Notes under the pieces: generated by a model
What the model saw: the letters and a program-made list of their open reading frames with translations, nothing else
Databases searched by the model: none
Told to the model about the DNA's origin: nothing
Shown here: positions 1 through 10,161 of the stretch, piece by piece
How positions within the stretch are numbered: the first letter of the stretch is position 1
How the letters are laid out: every line of letters begins with the position of its first letter
Made by a program: the position numbers and the translations under genes
Source: Cyanobacteriota bacterium
GTDB lineage: Bacteria > Cyanobacteriota > Cyanobacteriia > Cyanobacteriales > Microcoleaceae
Length of the DNA: 64,000 nt
Direction: 5' to 3'
Assembly: GCA_025362325.1 (NCBI GenBank)
Contig: JANYGO010000123.1
Coordinates: 10,229 to 74,228, forward strand

Positions 1-1
1 G

Positions 2-454
2 TTTGTTCACCTCCCCAATCCCGTCGCAGCAGCCCGAGAACTATTGCGTATATTGAAACCAGGTGGTAAACTGGTGATTGTCGATAGCGATGCGGATCTG
101 TTTTGGCTGACAACTCCAGCCCTGTCGGTCGAGATTGTCAGGGAGAAATTTAAGCAGGTGATGGCTTCTCGGGGCGGCGATTTGTCGATCGGGCGAAATC
201 TGTGCCGCATTCTCCAAGAAGCTGGGTTTGGTAGCATCAATTTAGAAGCGGTTGTCAGCCATAGCGATATCATAGGAATTGAAGCGTTTCAACCTTTGCT
301 GGACTCCGGGCCTATTTTACAAATGGTCAAACAAGGGTTGATTTCCGAGTCGGAAATAGAAAGCTATCTGGTTTCGCGGGATAAATTTTTAGCTGAGGGC
401 GATCGATCGATGATGAGTTTTTGGTTGATGGCTTGCAAAGAAAAAAATAAATAG
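2..454 (+). CDS. Class I SAM-dependent methyltransferase, 5'-truncated by the window edge
   Basis: Frame is open from base 2 (FVHLPNPVAAARELLRILKPGGKLVIVD), a typical methyltransferase post-motif segment; stop at 454. Confidence 0.75.
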   Translation, partial: FVHLPNPVAAARELLRILKPGGKLVIVDSDADLFWLTTPALSVEIVREKFKQVMASRGGDLSIGRNLCRILQEAGFGSINLEAVVSHSDIIGIEAFQPLLDSGPILQMVKQGLISESEIESYLVSRDKFLAEGDRSMMSFWLMACKEKNK

Positions 455-492
455 ACATCTCGAATAACTCTCCAGCTTCCTCCCAGCAATGA

Positions 493-1185
493 CTAAGGAC
501 TAATGACCAATGACTCTAAAAAACTCTGATGTTCCGCTGTGGTCAATCCTTGCTGCAAAACCTCCAACACCCTCGCCAAATTCCCAGCTAACAAAGCATA
601 CTTGTCCAACCGCAAACCCGGAAATACTTCCGAACAAATTATCCCTTCAGCATTAGGTTCAAGCTGCACGTATTCCCCATCCCTCAACTTAAACCAATCT
701 AATTCACAATTATAAACCCGCCAAACTACGTATTCTTGTACTCCGTTGCGGCGGTAGACTCGGAGTTTTTCGTGCAAATCGTAGGAAGCGCTGCTGGCGG
801 CAATTTCAACAATTAATTCTGGTGCACCTTCAACATAATCATCATCGCTGATGTGCGATCGACCTCCCGTATCAATTCTCAACAAAGCATCCGGCTGAGG
901 TTCATTATCCGCATCCAAGCGCACAGTCGCATTGTCCCCCAATTCCACCCCAAGCGTAGCAGCCTCGTAAGTCCCCAGCCAAGTCATAATATGAGCGTGG
1001 GGCTTCCCGTGACTTCTGAATCTTAACGGTGATGCCATATAAACCATTCCTTCAATCAATTCAGCTTTTTTTAGTTCCGGCATTGCGCTGTAACGGCGCT
1101 CGAATTCAGCTCGGCTGAGCCGATCGCCATTTTCCAAAGGAAGTACAGTTAAAAGAGGATTGAGCAATCGCGGGCGTGCCATCAT
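493..1185 (-). CDS. Uma2 (DUF820) family endonuclease-like protein
   Basis: AELIEGMVYM, EPQPDALL, APELIVEIAASS, Y-GVQEYVVW motifs. Confidence 0.92.
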   Translation of the reverse strand: MMARPRLLNPLLTVLPLENGDRLSRAEFERRYSAMPELKKAELIEGMVYMASPLRFRSHGKPHAHIMTWLGTYEAATLGVELGDNATVRLDADNEPQPDALLRIDTGGRSHISDDDYVEGAPELIVEIAASSASYDLHEKLRVYRRNGVQEYVVWRVYNCELDWFKLRDGEYVQLEPNAEGIICSEVFPGLRLDKYALLAGNLARVLEVLQQGLTTAEHQSFLESLVISP

Positions 1186-1229
1186 AATAGTTACAGTTCG
1201 ATAAAAAATTAAGCAAACATAGCATCGCG

Positions 1230-1262
1230 GGGAGCGAGTTTCGTAGCAAAAAACTCGCTCCC
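1230..1262. terminator. 12-bp perfect hairpin, possible terminator or processing stem
   Basis: GGGAGCGAGTTT-(9 nt)-AAACTCGCTCCC between the hydrolase stop and the Uma2 start. Confidence 0.4.
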
Positions 1263-1352
1263 AAGATAAATTCTAACCAAATCTTCCGCTTCTTCCTTCG
1301 CGTCCTAGCACTGACGCGCGGCTTCGCCTAAAGCGCCTTCTTGCTTTCGTTT

Positions 1353-2060
1353 CTACCGCAAATATCCAATCCAAGCCGACAGAACCTCCGGCGAACCGTA
1401 CCACTTCCCCGGAGAACGAGGCGAATGCCACACTCCCTCCAACACCAAATTTTCCGCCCCGTCCAAATGAGCAGCTTCCACCGGCGTAATTCCATCCCCC
1501 CAAGTTTCGCCCTTCCCCACAGTCAACTCGTAACTTTTGTAAGCCAGCCAAGTCTTTAAACCCGGCTTGCCAAAAACAGCTTTCCCCGCAGCGCATACGT
1601 AGCGCACCTGCGGGTGAAAAGCTCCCGGATAGTGAATTTTGACAAAATCTAGGTTTTTGCGCGTCCAGCGCTCTTGAGAGACGTGCGGCGTGCCTAAAGT
1701 GATTAAAGTGTTGACAGAAGGATGAGCTTCCCACAAACCCGCGTCCTCCAGCACATCTGAGTGAATCGTGTAAGGCTTTTCGCCCAAATAAATCCGAGAA
1801 ATCCAGCCGCCTGCGGAATGAGCGACGAGATTGATCTGCGGTACGCCGTATTGCTGTAACATTTGTTTGACTGTACGATCGAGCTGCCGCAAAATTGGCA
1901 CCATCGATCGCCCGCCGAAAGTTGGCAACCAATCTCGCTTGCCCAGAGGTACTGTTATAGTTGGGAAACCTCGATCGACTAGAGATTTTTCTAATTCCCG
2001 ATAGTCTGAAGCAGCAGCAAAATATCCTGGCAAAATCACGGTTGGTAATGGCATTATCAA
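1353..2060 (-). CDS. Alpha/beta hydrolase (esterase/lipase family)
   Basis: Nucleophile elbow VAHSAGG, LITLGTPH, GDGITP and a C-terminal His (GVWHSP). Confidence 0.85.
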   Translation of the reverse strand: MIMPLPTVILPGYFAAASDYRELEKSLVDRGFPTITVPLGKRDWLPTFGGRSMVPILRQLDRTVKQMLQQYGVPQINLVAHSAGGWISRIYLGEKPYTIHSDVLEDAGLWEAHPSVNTLITLGTPHVSQERWTRKNLDFVKIHYPGAFHPQVRYVCAAGKAVFGKPGLKTWLAYKSYELTVGKGETWGDGITPVEAAHLDGAENLVLEGVWHSPRSPGKWYGSPEVLSAWIGYLR

Positions 2061-2076
2061 TTTGAGATTTTAGATC

Positions 2077-2192
2077 GGGACTTACACACTTGAAGCTTGA
2101 AACCCCGATGCCCCCTAGCCCCCCTTAAAAAGGGGGGAATCTCAAAAGCCCCCTTTTTAAGGGGGTTGGGGGATCTCTTCTGCGTAAGTCCT
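2077..2192. mobile_element. MITE-like element with GGACTTAC(A/G)CA terminal inverted repeats and a poly-C/poly-G hairpin interior
   Basis: GGGACTTACACA (2077) ... TGCGTAAGTCCT (2192); same ends as the element at 39745-39853. Confidence 0.65.
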
Positions 2193-2329
2193 ATACATTA
2201 TAGATTTGAGATTTTGCGATCGGGATGCTAGGATCTATTTTTCAAGTTCAAAGACGCTTGCCGAAGTATCCTTTGGATGGCTAACATCAGTCGCTGGTTA
2301 AACTTTTTGCTTGGGGAATATCTACTTCT

Positions 2330-2809
2330 ATGGCTCGCGAGCCGATTCCAACATTGTATTTTACCCTAGTTGTCGTTCACTTAGAAGACCGTTTTCTACT
2401 GGTACAAGAGCGCAAGTACGATCAGCAGTGGTATCTCCCAGCAGGGCGAGTGGAAAAAGGTGAGACTTTGCTGGATGCTGCTGTGCGCAATACCGTCGAG
2501 GAAGCGGGCATTTCTGTGATCGTAGAGGGAATTCTCAGGGTAGAGCATACGGTGATGCCTAGGGGCAATGTGCGCCTCAGGGTGATTTTTGTGGCCCGTC
2601 CTGAAGATAAGACGCCACCCAAGAGCAAGCCGGACGAGTATACTTTGTGTGCTGGTTGGTATTCTCTCAAAGAGTTAGACCAGTTGTCGCTGCGGGGCGA
2701 GGAGGTTCGGGAAATGTTTCAATATATGGCAAGCGGTGCTCCAATTTATCCGATCGACTTGCTGAGCATCGAGGGAGCTCCTTTTAAAACTTACCGTTAT
2801 CGCTGGTGA
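2330..2809 (+). CDS. NUDIX hydrolase
   Basis: WYLPAGRVEKGETLLDAAVRNTVEEAGI Nudix box, with RE changed to RN. Confidence 0.88.
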   Translation: MAREPIPTLYFTLVVVHLEDRFLLVQERKYDQQWYLPAGRVEKGETLLDAAVRNTVEEAGISVIVEGILRVEHTVMPRGNVRLRVIFVARPEDKTPPKSKPDEYTLCAGWYSLKELDQLSLRGEEVREMFQYMASGAPIYPIDLLSIEGAPFKTYRYRW

Positions 2810-3257
2810 ATCAACAGAGATTTGAGATTTTCCATTTTCGATTTGAGATTTACTCCACAGATTAATCTGGGAGCTTGAACAAAAGTCTAAAATTTTGAGA
2901 ATCGACCCTCACACTCGTGTACGTGGGACGGTACTCATGTTTGGGGGCCACCGAGGGGCCGCGGGCCTGGTTGGCAGCCACTAGATCAGTTTTTTGATGC
3001 TGTAACCGAATTGGAAACGCCGATCGATCCAACTTGTCGATCGTGTTTAATAAATTTGGTTCAGTTTTGGGCCCATAAATTGTCATCAAGGTCGATCGGC
3101 AATTTCGATGGCGATCATGCTAAGATTATACCTTTGAATTCCCAACAGTATCTTTTTAAATCGCTCCAAATAAAAAAATATCCATTCAAAATATCCATTC
3201 AAAATTACCAATTCCAGATTACCAATTACCAATTACCAATTCCCCATTCCCATTGTC

Positions 3258-4931
3258 ATGAATGACTCTTCGTCCCTAGCCAACGCCCTTTCCGAACCGC
3301 TGCGCCAGCCTTTTTGGTGGGCAGCCCTAGCTTCTGTCGGTCTTCACGGAGTGCTCGGAGTCGGCGCCCCGACGATCTCAAACATCATCTATGGTGGTGG
3401 AAATTCCTCAAAAAATATCCCCGGTTCCGTCGGCTTGATAGAACTAACTCCAGCAGAAGCCGGCCGCCTGCCGCAAACCATACCATCGAAGCCGACCAAT
3501 ACGCCGTTTTCGCTCGTAGCACCAGTTCCCCTCCCCGCCTCGCCCAATTTAGCCCCGCCCCTGCCCCTGCCCCCCGCCCCTGAATCTATCGCCTTGCCCG
3601 CCCTGCCGCCGGGAATGCCCCCTCCTGGATTCTTTTCGCCTCTGGCTCCAGCCCCTCTCCCCCCCTCAACGCTCCCAACAGCCCCGCCGCCTCCCAAAGC
3701 TCCAGCCCCCAATTTTGCAACCCCCTCCCAAAAAATACCCGCTTTCATCCCGGCAGTACCTCCCGGGGGTCAGCTTTTCCCGCCGTTACCCGGTAATTTT
3801 GATCGCAATATTCCACCGCCGCCACCTGGAGTCACAGGATTGCCCCAGCTTCCCGGCGGCCCACCGGAAGATGAGGCAGAGACGCTCAGAAAGACCATCG
3901 CCAGTAGGGGCGGACTCCCGCTATTTCCAGACGGAGCTCCAGTCTTTACCCCCCAATTCCCGATTACGGGCAGGAATTCGGGACAGGAGGAAGAACCAAA
4001 ATTGACTCAAAAAGATCCGAATAAACGGAATCTGATCGCAGAAACTCCCGAAGAAAGAATCAGGAGACAACAATTTGACCAGGGACAACGACAGCTAGAA
4101 CTCCCCGGACAACCGGGTTCAAACTTACGCACCGACAGAGAGACGCAGCTTGCTGCTGCCAATACCTATGTTGCTTTGTTTGAAAGATTCAAAAAGGCTT
4201 ACCCAGACTTGCAAATGACGGGCCCGACTCCTGTGAATGTGGCTTATCCCGCAGCGGCTTGCTCGCAAAAACTCGAAGGAGTAGCAGTTTTTGGAGCAGT
4301 TGTCAACCCTCAAGGCTTGCTCAAGGCCGAGCCTCAGGCGATCGTCCCCACTGGTTACGGTATTCTCGATAATGTAGCTAAAAATGCGATTATTAACCCC
4401 AATCAAATATTTCCAGCAGCCAGCACGCACAAGCTTTACCAGTTGGCTGTCGCCTTTAAATACGACGAAAAAGTTTGCAGCGGCATTCCTGTCACCCCAT
4501 CCACCGCCCCATCCACCGCCCCAACCAGGCCCAGACCAACAGGCCAGCAGTCACCGCTAGCCCCGACAGAGCCCTCCCTAGCGCCTAGGGAAGTCAAACC
4601 CCAGTTTGAGAAGCCACCGGCCCCCTCAAACAAACCGCAGCCCGGGGCCCAACAGTCGCCGCCCGCACCAAAACCCGCCAGCAAACCGTCTCCCTCAACT
4701 CAACCGAAACCAGCAGCCGAAAAATCGCCTTCTCCCCAACCCCAGCCCGCAGCCGAACAGTCCCCGTTACCGGAAGCTGCGCCTTCTCCCGTTGAAGTGT
4801 CGCCCTCACCAGAAGCTGCGCCAACTCCCGCCCCGGAAGTGTCGCCTTCTCCCGCCGCGGAAGTGTCGCCTTCTCCGGAAGCTGCACCTTCTCCGGAAGC
4901 TGCACCTTCTCCTGCTGCTACACCCAATTAA
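3258..4931 (+). CDS. TonB-family energy transducer-like protein (N-terminal TM helix, Pro-rich linker, TonB_C-like domain, Pro/Ala/Glu repeat tail)
   Basis: FWWAALASVGLHGVL TM with SxxxH motif; YPAAAC..EGVAVFGAVVNPQG..TGYGILDNVA resembles TonB_C. Confidence 0.65.
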   Translation: MNDSSSLANALSEPLRQPFWWAALASVGLHGVLGVGAPTISNIIYGGGNSSKNIPGSVGLIELTPAEAGRLPQTIPSKPTNTPFSLVAPVPLPASPNLAPPLPLPPAPESIALPALPPGMPPPGFFSPLAPAPLPPSTLPTAPPPPKAPAPNFATPSQKIPAFIPAVPPGGQLFPPLPGNFDRNIPPPPPGVTGLPQLPGGPPEDEAETLRKTIASRGGLPLFPDGAPVFTPQFPITGRNSGQEEEPKLTQKDPNKRNLIAETPEERIRRQQFDQGQRQLELPGQPGSNLRTDRETQLAAANTYVALFERFKKAYPDLQMTGPTPVNVAYPAAACSQKLEGVAVFGAVVNPQGLLKAEPQAIVPTGYGILDNVAKNAIINPNQIFPAASTHKLYQLAVAFKYDEKVCSGIPVTPSTAPSTAPTRPRPTGQQSPLAPTEPSLAPREVKPQFEKPPAPSNKPQPGAQQSPPAPKPASKPSPSTQPKPAAEKSPSPQPQPAAEQSPLPEAAPSPVEVSPSPEAAPTPAPEVSPSPAAEVSPSPEAAPSPEAAPSPAATPN

Positions 4932-4949
4932 TTGTTAATGGCGTGGGAA

Positions 4950-5125
4950 TTATTGGTGATTGGTGATTGGTGATTGGTGATTAGTCAGTAGGGTGCGTCA
5001 GTTGCCATCTTTGTTACCTAGCAAACCAATTTATATTTGCTAGCTCACTCTACATTTTTAACTGGATCTGACATCAAAAAATCCCACCCAATTACCAATT
5101 CCCAATTCCCAATTCCCAATTCCCT
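4950..5125. repeat. STRR heptamer tracts plus a GTAG-type REP-like inverted repeat (4988-5053) between convergent genes
   Basis: (TGGTGAT)n, GTAGGGTGCGTCA...GCTCACTCTAC, (CAATTCC)n. Confidence 0.75.
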
Positions 5126-5126
5126 C

Positions 5127-5867
5127 TCAATTGTATTGAACTTTATACATTTGGAATAAGTCGCCGCTTTGCTTTTTCACTACTTTAGCGCCAGCAGCTT
5201 TAATGACTTTTTCCCAATCTTCTATTGTCTCTAAAAATACTTCCCCGGCTCGATATGTTTCCAGAATTGCCCAATCTTCTGCTAAAGGAGCGTTGGGGTT
5301 GAGAACATCAAACACGAAGTGACCGCCCGGTTTTAATACCCGCTTTACTTCTGCCATGACAACCGCCCAATAATCTATGGGAAAATAGCAGCTAAAGCCT
5401 GTGGCGATGCACAAGTCGAATTGATCCTCTTCGTAATTTAAGCGGTGAGCGGGGGCTAATTCTACGCCTTTGAACAGCTTGGAATTGAGTTGAGGGCCGC
5501 GGGCGTTTAAGGCGTCTCTGGCTGCGCTGCTGATTTCTTGACCGTAAAACAGGGCTTCCCACTCCCGCCAAGGGTAGATGAGAAAGCTGACTCCGCAGCC
5601 AATGTCTAAACAGCGCTGATTTTTTTGAGGTTTGGCAATTTTCCAGAAGGGAGAAACTGTTTTTGCTTGGAGAGTTCCGGCGACTGATTCTAGGAAAATC
5701 GGCATTGCTTCGACTTCTTCGGGTAAGGCGAATGCTTCTCCTCGATATTCGCGATCGAACCGAGCAGCAACTGGGGATAGTAAAAGTGGCCAGCTATCTG
5801 ATTTGTCCTTGGCAAACCAAGTTGGCTCTGGACTAGAAGCAGCTAGGCGTTCGGACTTTTTAGACAT
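5127..5867 (-). CDS. Class I SAM-dependent methyltransferase
   Basis: CLDIGCGVS motif I; FDLCIATG; LKPGGHFVFD. Confidence 0.88.
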   Translation of the reverse strand: MSKKSERLAASSPEPTWFAKDKSDSWPLLLSPVAARFDREYRGEAFALPEEVEAMPIFLESVAGTLQAKTVSPFWKIAKPQKNQRCLDIGCGVSFLIYPWREWEALFYGQEISSAARDALNARGPQLNSKLFKGVELAPAHRLNYEEDQFDLCIATGFSCYFPIDYWAVVMAEVKRVLKPGGHFVFDVLNPNAPLAEDWAILETYRAGEVFLETIEDWEKVIKAAGAKVVKKQSGDLFQMYKVQYN

Positions 5868-5874
5868 TCTTGAA

Positions 5875-6075
5875 TTACCTTCTAGAGCCTTTGAGTGCTT
5901 TTGTAAAGTTTTGGCGGTAAGGCTTGTTAAAAATTAACGCGGGCCACAGCAGCGAGAGTTTCAGGCGATTTGCGAAACTTCTGTCGAAGTTTGTGCGATC
6001 AAAACCATTCCAAAATTTCCAGATACCGCCGCCGTAAGCGACTAGCAACACCAATCCAATTAACGGTTCCATCAA
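5875..6075 (-). CDS. Small membrane protein, conserved-hypothetical type
   Basis: 66 aa, two hydrophobic segments (IGLVLLVAYGGGIWKFW; LSLLWPALIF), directly upstream of and co-oriented with the methyltransferase. Confidence 0.7.
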   Translation of the reverse strand: MMEPLIGLVLLVAYGGGIWKFWNGFDRTNFDRSFANRLKLSLLWPALIFNKPYRQNFTKALKGSRR

Positions 6076-6289
6076 ATAACCCCCTAAGCGACTGATTGGA
6101 TTTTGAGTCAGCGAGGCAAAGCCCTACTCTTAATCTATCATTTTTCAGACGCCAAGGCGCACGGATACCCGTAGCAATTCCACCTTCAGCTAGAGACTTC
6201 AAAATCCCCGCTGGCGGCAAACTTAAAAATATAGCAGAAGGCAGAAGGAAGTTGGGCTAACGAGCAATGTACGGGATGTAACGAAAGAA

Positions 6290-6447
6290 AGGAAGTTCGG
6301 CAACGGATTATTTAACGGATGTAAAGGATAGAAGGAAGTTCGGCAACGGATTATTTAGATGTAACGGACGTAACGAATCAAGGGAAGAAGCAATATTCAG
6401 CAAGGGTTTCAGCAATTAAGAACGTCTTCACCGTCGGGCGCGGTTGC
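6290..6447. repeat. Composite dispersed repeat
   Basis: Unit AGGAAGTTCGGCAACGGATTATTTA at 6290 and 6333, also at 59096; 6402-6425 is a perfect inverted copy of 30867-30890. Confidence 0.7.
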
Positions 6448-6697
6448 TATCACAGCCAGGAAATAGCTTTTACATAGCAAGTAAGAAGCTACTTCTGCTA
6501 AAAGTCGATGCGGCAAATCCTAATTCGGTTGACATCGGTTGCTGTTGGGGAAGGGTTTCGCCTTTCGGGATTTCACAGATGCAACTACTCAAAGATAATT
6601 AACTAAGAATTGATAGCTGGTGCCCCACAAGTTACAGCAGGCAAGTTTTTTCTAGCGGACAATGAGGGTAGAGAGCTTTTTAAGCAAGGAGGATTTT

Positions 6698-9241
6698 ATG
6701 CGTGCAGTGCTGATGGCTGGGGGGTCGGGAACGAGGCTCAGACCCCTGACGTGCGATTTACCCAAACCGATGGTTCCTATTCTGAATCGCCCGATCGCAG
6801 AACACATTATCAATTTGCTAAAAAGGCACAATATTACGGAAATTATTGCTACGCTGCACTACCTCCCCGATGTCATGCGCGAATATTTTACTGATGGGGC
6901 AGAGTTTGGCGTTCAAATGACTTACGCTGTGGAGGAAGACCAACCGCTGGGTACGGCTGGTTGTGTCAAAAATATTGCGGAATTGCTCGATCGCACTTTT
7001 CTTGTGATCAGCGGCGACAGCATCACGGATTTTGACTTGACGGAAGCTATAAAATTTCACCGCAGCAATAAGTCCAAAGCCACGTTAATTTTAACTCGCG
7101 TTCCCAACCCGATGGAATTCGGGGTGGTGATAACCGACGAAAATTACCGCATCAGTCGCTTTCTGGAAAAACCCTCTAGCAGCGAAATTTTCTCCGATAC
7201 CGTCAACACGGGCACCTACATTTTAGAGCCCGAAGTCTTGGATTATCTGCCTGTAGATAAAGAGTGCGACTTCTCGAAAGACTTGTTTCCGCTGCTGCTG
7301 GAAAAAAACGAGCCGATGTACGGTTACATCGCCGATGGTTATTGGTGCGATGTCGGCCAACTGGATGTTTACCGGGAAGCTCAGTATGACGCGCTGCAGG
7401 GAAAGGTGAAACTGGATTTGACCTATTATGACGAAGTTCGATCGGGACTTTGGGTAGGTCAGAATACTTTTATTGACGATAGCGCGATCGTCGAAGTACC
7501 GGCGATGATCGGTAGCAATTGCCGGATTGGAGCAAGAGTCAAAATTGACGCGGGTTCAGTAATCGGAGATAACGTGACAGTCGGGGCCGATGCTAACCTC
7601 AAACGTCCGATCGTTTGGAATGGAGCAATTGTCGGCGAAGACGCTCACCTCAGAGCCTGCGTGATTTGCCGCAGCACCCGCGTAGACAGGCGCGCCCACG
7701 TCCTCGAAGGTGCTGTCGTCGGTTCAATGTCGATCGTGGGAGAAGAAGCGCAAGTCGGCCCTTCCGTCCGCGTCTGGCCGAGCAAAAATATTGAATCCGG
7801 TGCTCTGTTAAATCAAAATTTAATTTGGGGAGAACAAGCTAAGCGGAATTTATTCGGTCAGCGCGGCGTTCAAGGACTGGCAAATGTGGATATTACCCCG
7901 GAATTTGCGGTGAAATTGGGCGCGGCTTACGGCTCGACTTTGAAACCGGGGGCTTCGGTATCGGTTTCTCGCGATCAGCGGAGCATTTCGCGGATGGTTT
8001 CGAGGTCTTTGATTGCGGGTTTGATGTCGGTGGGAATTAATGTGGTCAATTTGGAATCGACGGCAATTCCGATCGCGCGCACGGTTTCGTCTACGCTGTC
8101 GATTGCTGGCGGCATTCACGTCCGCATTTCGCCCGATCGCTCCGACCACATTTTAATTGAATTCTTCGATATCAAAGGCATCAATATTACTAAAGCCGTG
8201 GAGAAAAAAATCGAGGGCGCTTATTTTAAGGAAGATTTGCGGCGAGCTCTAATTCCCGAAATTGGAGAGATGTCGTACTTCAACCAAGCTTTCGACATTT
8301 ACAACCGGATGTTTGAGCGGCAGATGAATGTTGAGGCAATTCGTTACAGCAATTCTAAGGTGGTAATCGATTACGTTTACGCGGTTTCTGGAGCGATTCT
8401 GCCGCAAGTGCTCGCCAAGTTCGGCTGCGATGCGGTGGTGCTCAATGCCAGTCTCAAACAGACTTCTCTGAGCAACGGGGAACGGGAATATTTGCTCGAC
8501 CAACTCGGCCGGGTGGTGAAAGCACTCAGCGCTAATTTTGGCGTGCAGGTGTCGGCCAACGGCGAACAGCTCATTTTGGTAGATGAGTCGGGAATCGCGA
8601 TTCGGGGGGAAATGCTGACGGCGCTGATGGTAAATTTGATGCTGACTTCCCATCCCAGAGGTACAGTAGTAGTGCCGGTTCATGCGTCTTCTGCGGTGGA
8701 GGCGATCGCCCGCCGCTATCAAAGCAAGGTAATCCGCACGAAGGCGAACCCAACTGCTTTGATGGAAGCCGCTAACCGGAACCCGGATGTAGTTTTGGGC
8801 GGCAGCGGCCTTATGGGTTTTATTTTCCCGCAGTTGCATCCGGGCTTTGACGGAATGTTCTGCATTGCTAAAGTGATAGAAATGATGACGATTCAGGAGC
8901 GATCGCTCGGACAGATCAAAGCCGAACTTCCCCGCGTCACCCACCGCAGTTACAGCGTCCGCTGTCCTTGGACGGTAAAAGGTTCGCTGATGCGGCATTT
9001 AGTAGAAACTCATTCGCCCGATCGTTTAGAATTAATAGATGGAGTGAAGATTTTTAACTACAGCGACGACAATTGGATATTAGTTTTGCCGGATGCTAGC
9101 GAACCCACCGTTCATATCTTCGCCAACAGCGAGGATCGAGATTGGGTATCTGAAACTTTGAAGGAGTACCGCACCCTCGTTCACGATTTTGTCACTCAAG
9201 CCGAGGCGGCCGTTCGCCAAGATAAATTTGGTAATGGGTAA
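6698..9241 (+). CDS. Bifunctional mannose-1-phosphate guanylyltransferase / phosphomannomutase-like protein
   Basis: MRAVLMAGGSGTRLRPLT..PKPM NTP-transferase motif, hexapeptide repeats, then a phosphohexomutase-like domain (LFGQRGVQG, SRDQR). ATG at 6698. Confidence 0.93.
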   Translation: MRAVLMAGGSGTRLRPLTCDLPKPMVPILNRPIAEHIINLLKRHNITEIIATLHYLPDVMREYFTDGAEFGVQMTYAVEEDQPLGTAGCVKNIAELLDRTFLVISGDSITDFDLTEAIKFHRSNKSKATLILTRVPNPMEFGVVITDENYRISRFLEKPSSSEIFSDTVNTGTYILEPEVLDYLPVDKECDFSKDLFPLLLEKNEPMYGYIADGYWCDVGQLDVYREAQYDALQGKVKLDLTYYDEVRSGLWVGQNTFIDDSAIVEVPAMIGSNCRIGARVKIDAGSVIGDNVTVGADANLKRPIVWNGAIVGEDAHLRACVICRSTRVDRRAHVLEGAVVGSMSIVGEEAQVGPSVRVWPSKNIESGALLNQNLIWGEQAKRNLFGQRGVQGLANVDITPEFAVKLGAAYGSTLKPGASVSVSRDQRSISRMVSRSLIAGLMSVGINVVNLESTAIPIARTVSSTLSIAGGIHVRISPDRSDHILIEFFDIKGINITKAVEKKIEGAYFKEDLRRALIPEIGEMSYFNQAFDIYNRMFERQMNVEAIRYSNSKVVIDYVYAVSGAILPQVLAKFGCDAVVLNASLKQTSLSNGEREYLLDQLGRVVKALSANFGVQVSANGEQLILVDESGIAIRGEMLTALMVNLMLTSHPRGTVVVPVHASSAVEAIARRYQSKVIRTKANPTALMEAANRNPDVVLGGSGLMGFIFPQLHPGFDGMFCIAKVIEMMTIQERSLGQIKAELPRVTHRSYSVRCPWTVKGSLMRHLVETHSPDRLELIDGVKIFNYSDDNWILVLPDASEPTVHIFANSEDRDWVSETLKEYRTLVHDFVTQAEAAVRQDKFGNG

Positions 9242-9430
9242 TTGGTTATTTTGTTGGTTGTTATTGGTTATTAGTTATTGGTTATTGGTTATTAGTTATT
9301 GGTTATTATTTAGTCATTTCAACCAACAACTAACAAATAACAATTAACAAATAACAACTAACAAATAACAACCAACAAATAACCAATGCCCCATGCCCCA
9401 TGCCCCATGCCCAATTCCCAATTCCCATTT
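9238..9430. repeat. STRR heptamer tracts
   Basis: (GGTTATT)n, (AACAAAT/AACT)n, (CCATGCC)n, (CAATTCC)n. Confidence 0.85.
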
Positions 9431-9435
9431 AAGTT

Positions 9436-9987
9436 ATGAATAGCTGCATTTTGATGGCGGAAATAATTCAACAACCGCAACTCCGTTATACTCCTGACAA
9501 TCAACTTCAAATTGCTGAAATGCTGGTGCAGTTTCCAGGCCCAAAACCTGAAGATCCGCCCGAACATCTGAAGGTGATAGGATGGGGCAATTTAGCTCAA
9601 GAAATTCACGAAAAATATCGCGAGGGCGATCGCGTGATTATTGAAGGCCGGCTGGGTATGAATACGATCGACAGAGATGGTGTTAAAGAAAAGCGCGCTG
9701 AACTGACAGCTCAAAGGATTTACAGTGTCGGTGCCGATGCAATGAGTGCGGCTCCGGCAACTAGAAGCGTCCCCGAACCGGCTCAAATGCGCGACAGTGC
9801 GCCCGCTAATGTGCCGAGCAATGTGGTTCCCATGAGTTCCCGAGGTCGCAGTTCTAACAACGCTCCAGCCCCTGCTAAGGGCCCGTCTAGCTCTGATTGG
9901 AACTCGCATCAGTCTTCTGAGTCCGATCGCAAGTCTGGTTCCTCTAACGAAGCTGATAATCCCGATTACGATCCGATTCCGTTTTAG
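9436..9987 (+). CDS. ssb: Single-stranded DNA-binding protein (cyanobacterial type)
   Basis: PQLRYTPDNQ..., VIIEGRL OB-fold, low-complexity linker and acidic DYDPIPF tip. Confidence 0.88.
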   Translation: MNSCILMAEIIQQPQLRYTPDNQLQIAEMLVQFPGPKPEDPPEHLKVIGWGNLAQEIHEKYREGDRVIIEGRLGMNTIDRDGVKEKRAELTAQRIYSVGADAMSAAPATRSVPEPAQMRDSAPANVPSNVVPMSSRGRSSNNAPAPAKGPSSSDWNSHQSSESDRKSGSSNEADNPDYDPIPF

Positions 9988-10161
9988 GACGTACGGTTGA
10001 AACCGCGTCTACACAGGCAAAACCCGGATGGTGCGCGGGTTGAAAAACGGGAGGTTAAATTTACGTTCTTTTCTTCAGTCTGCGGAGGCAGACTTCGTTT
10101 TTGTAGACGCGGTTTCAACCGTACGTCCTTGTTTGTGTAGATTCGGTTTCAACCGTACGTC
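9988..10161. repeat. REP/REPIN-like element with 25-bp perfect inverted repeats plus an extra half-copy
   Basis: GACGTACGGTTGAAACCGCGTCTAC (9988-10012) and GTAGACGCGGTTTCAACCGTACGTC (10103-10127); third copy to 10161. Confidence 0.8.

Noticed and set aside
1273-1932. 219-aa alternative-frame ORF and many similar shadow ORFs over lipB, hpf, manC, pheT, tonB, caspase, cobS and the phosphatase
   Set aside because: They overlap confidently identified genes in other frames or strands and have no recognisable motifs.
2862-3265. 75-aa and 84-aa ORFs, or an ncRNA such as Yfr1, between NUDIX and tonB
   Set aside because: No recognisable protein motif; the second ORF ends in STRR DNA; only a partial CCTCACAC match without the Yfr1 terminator context.
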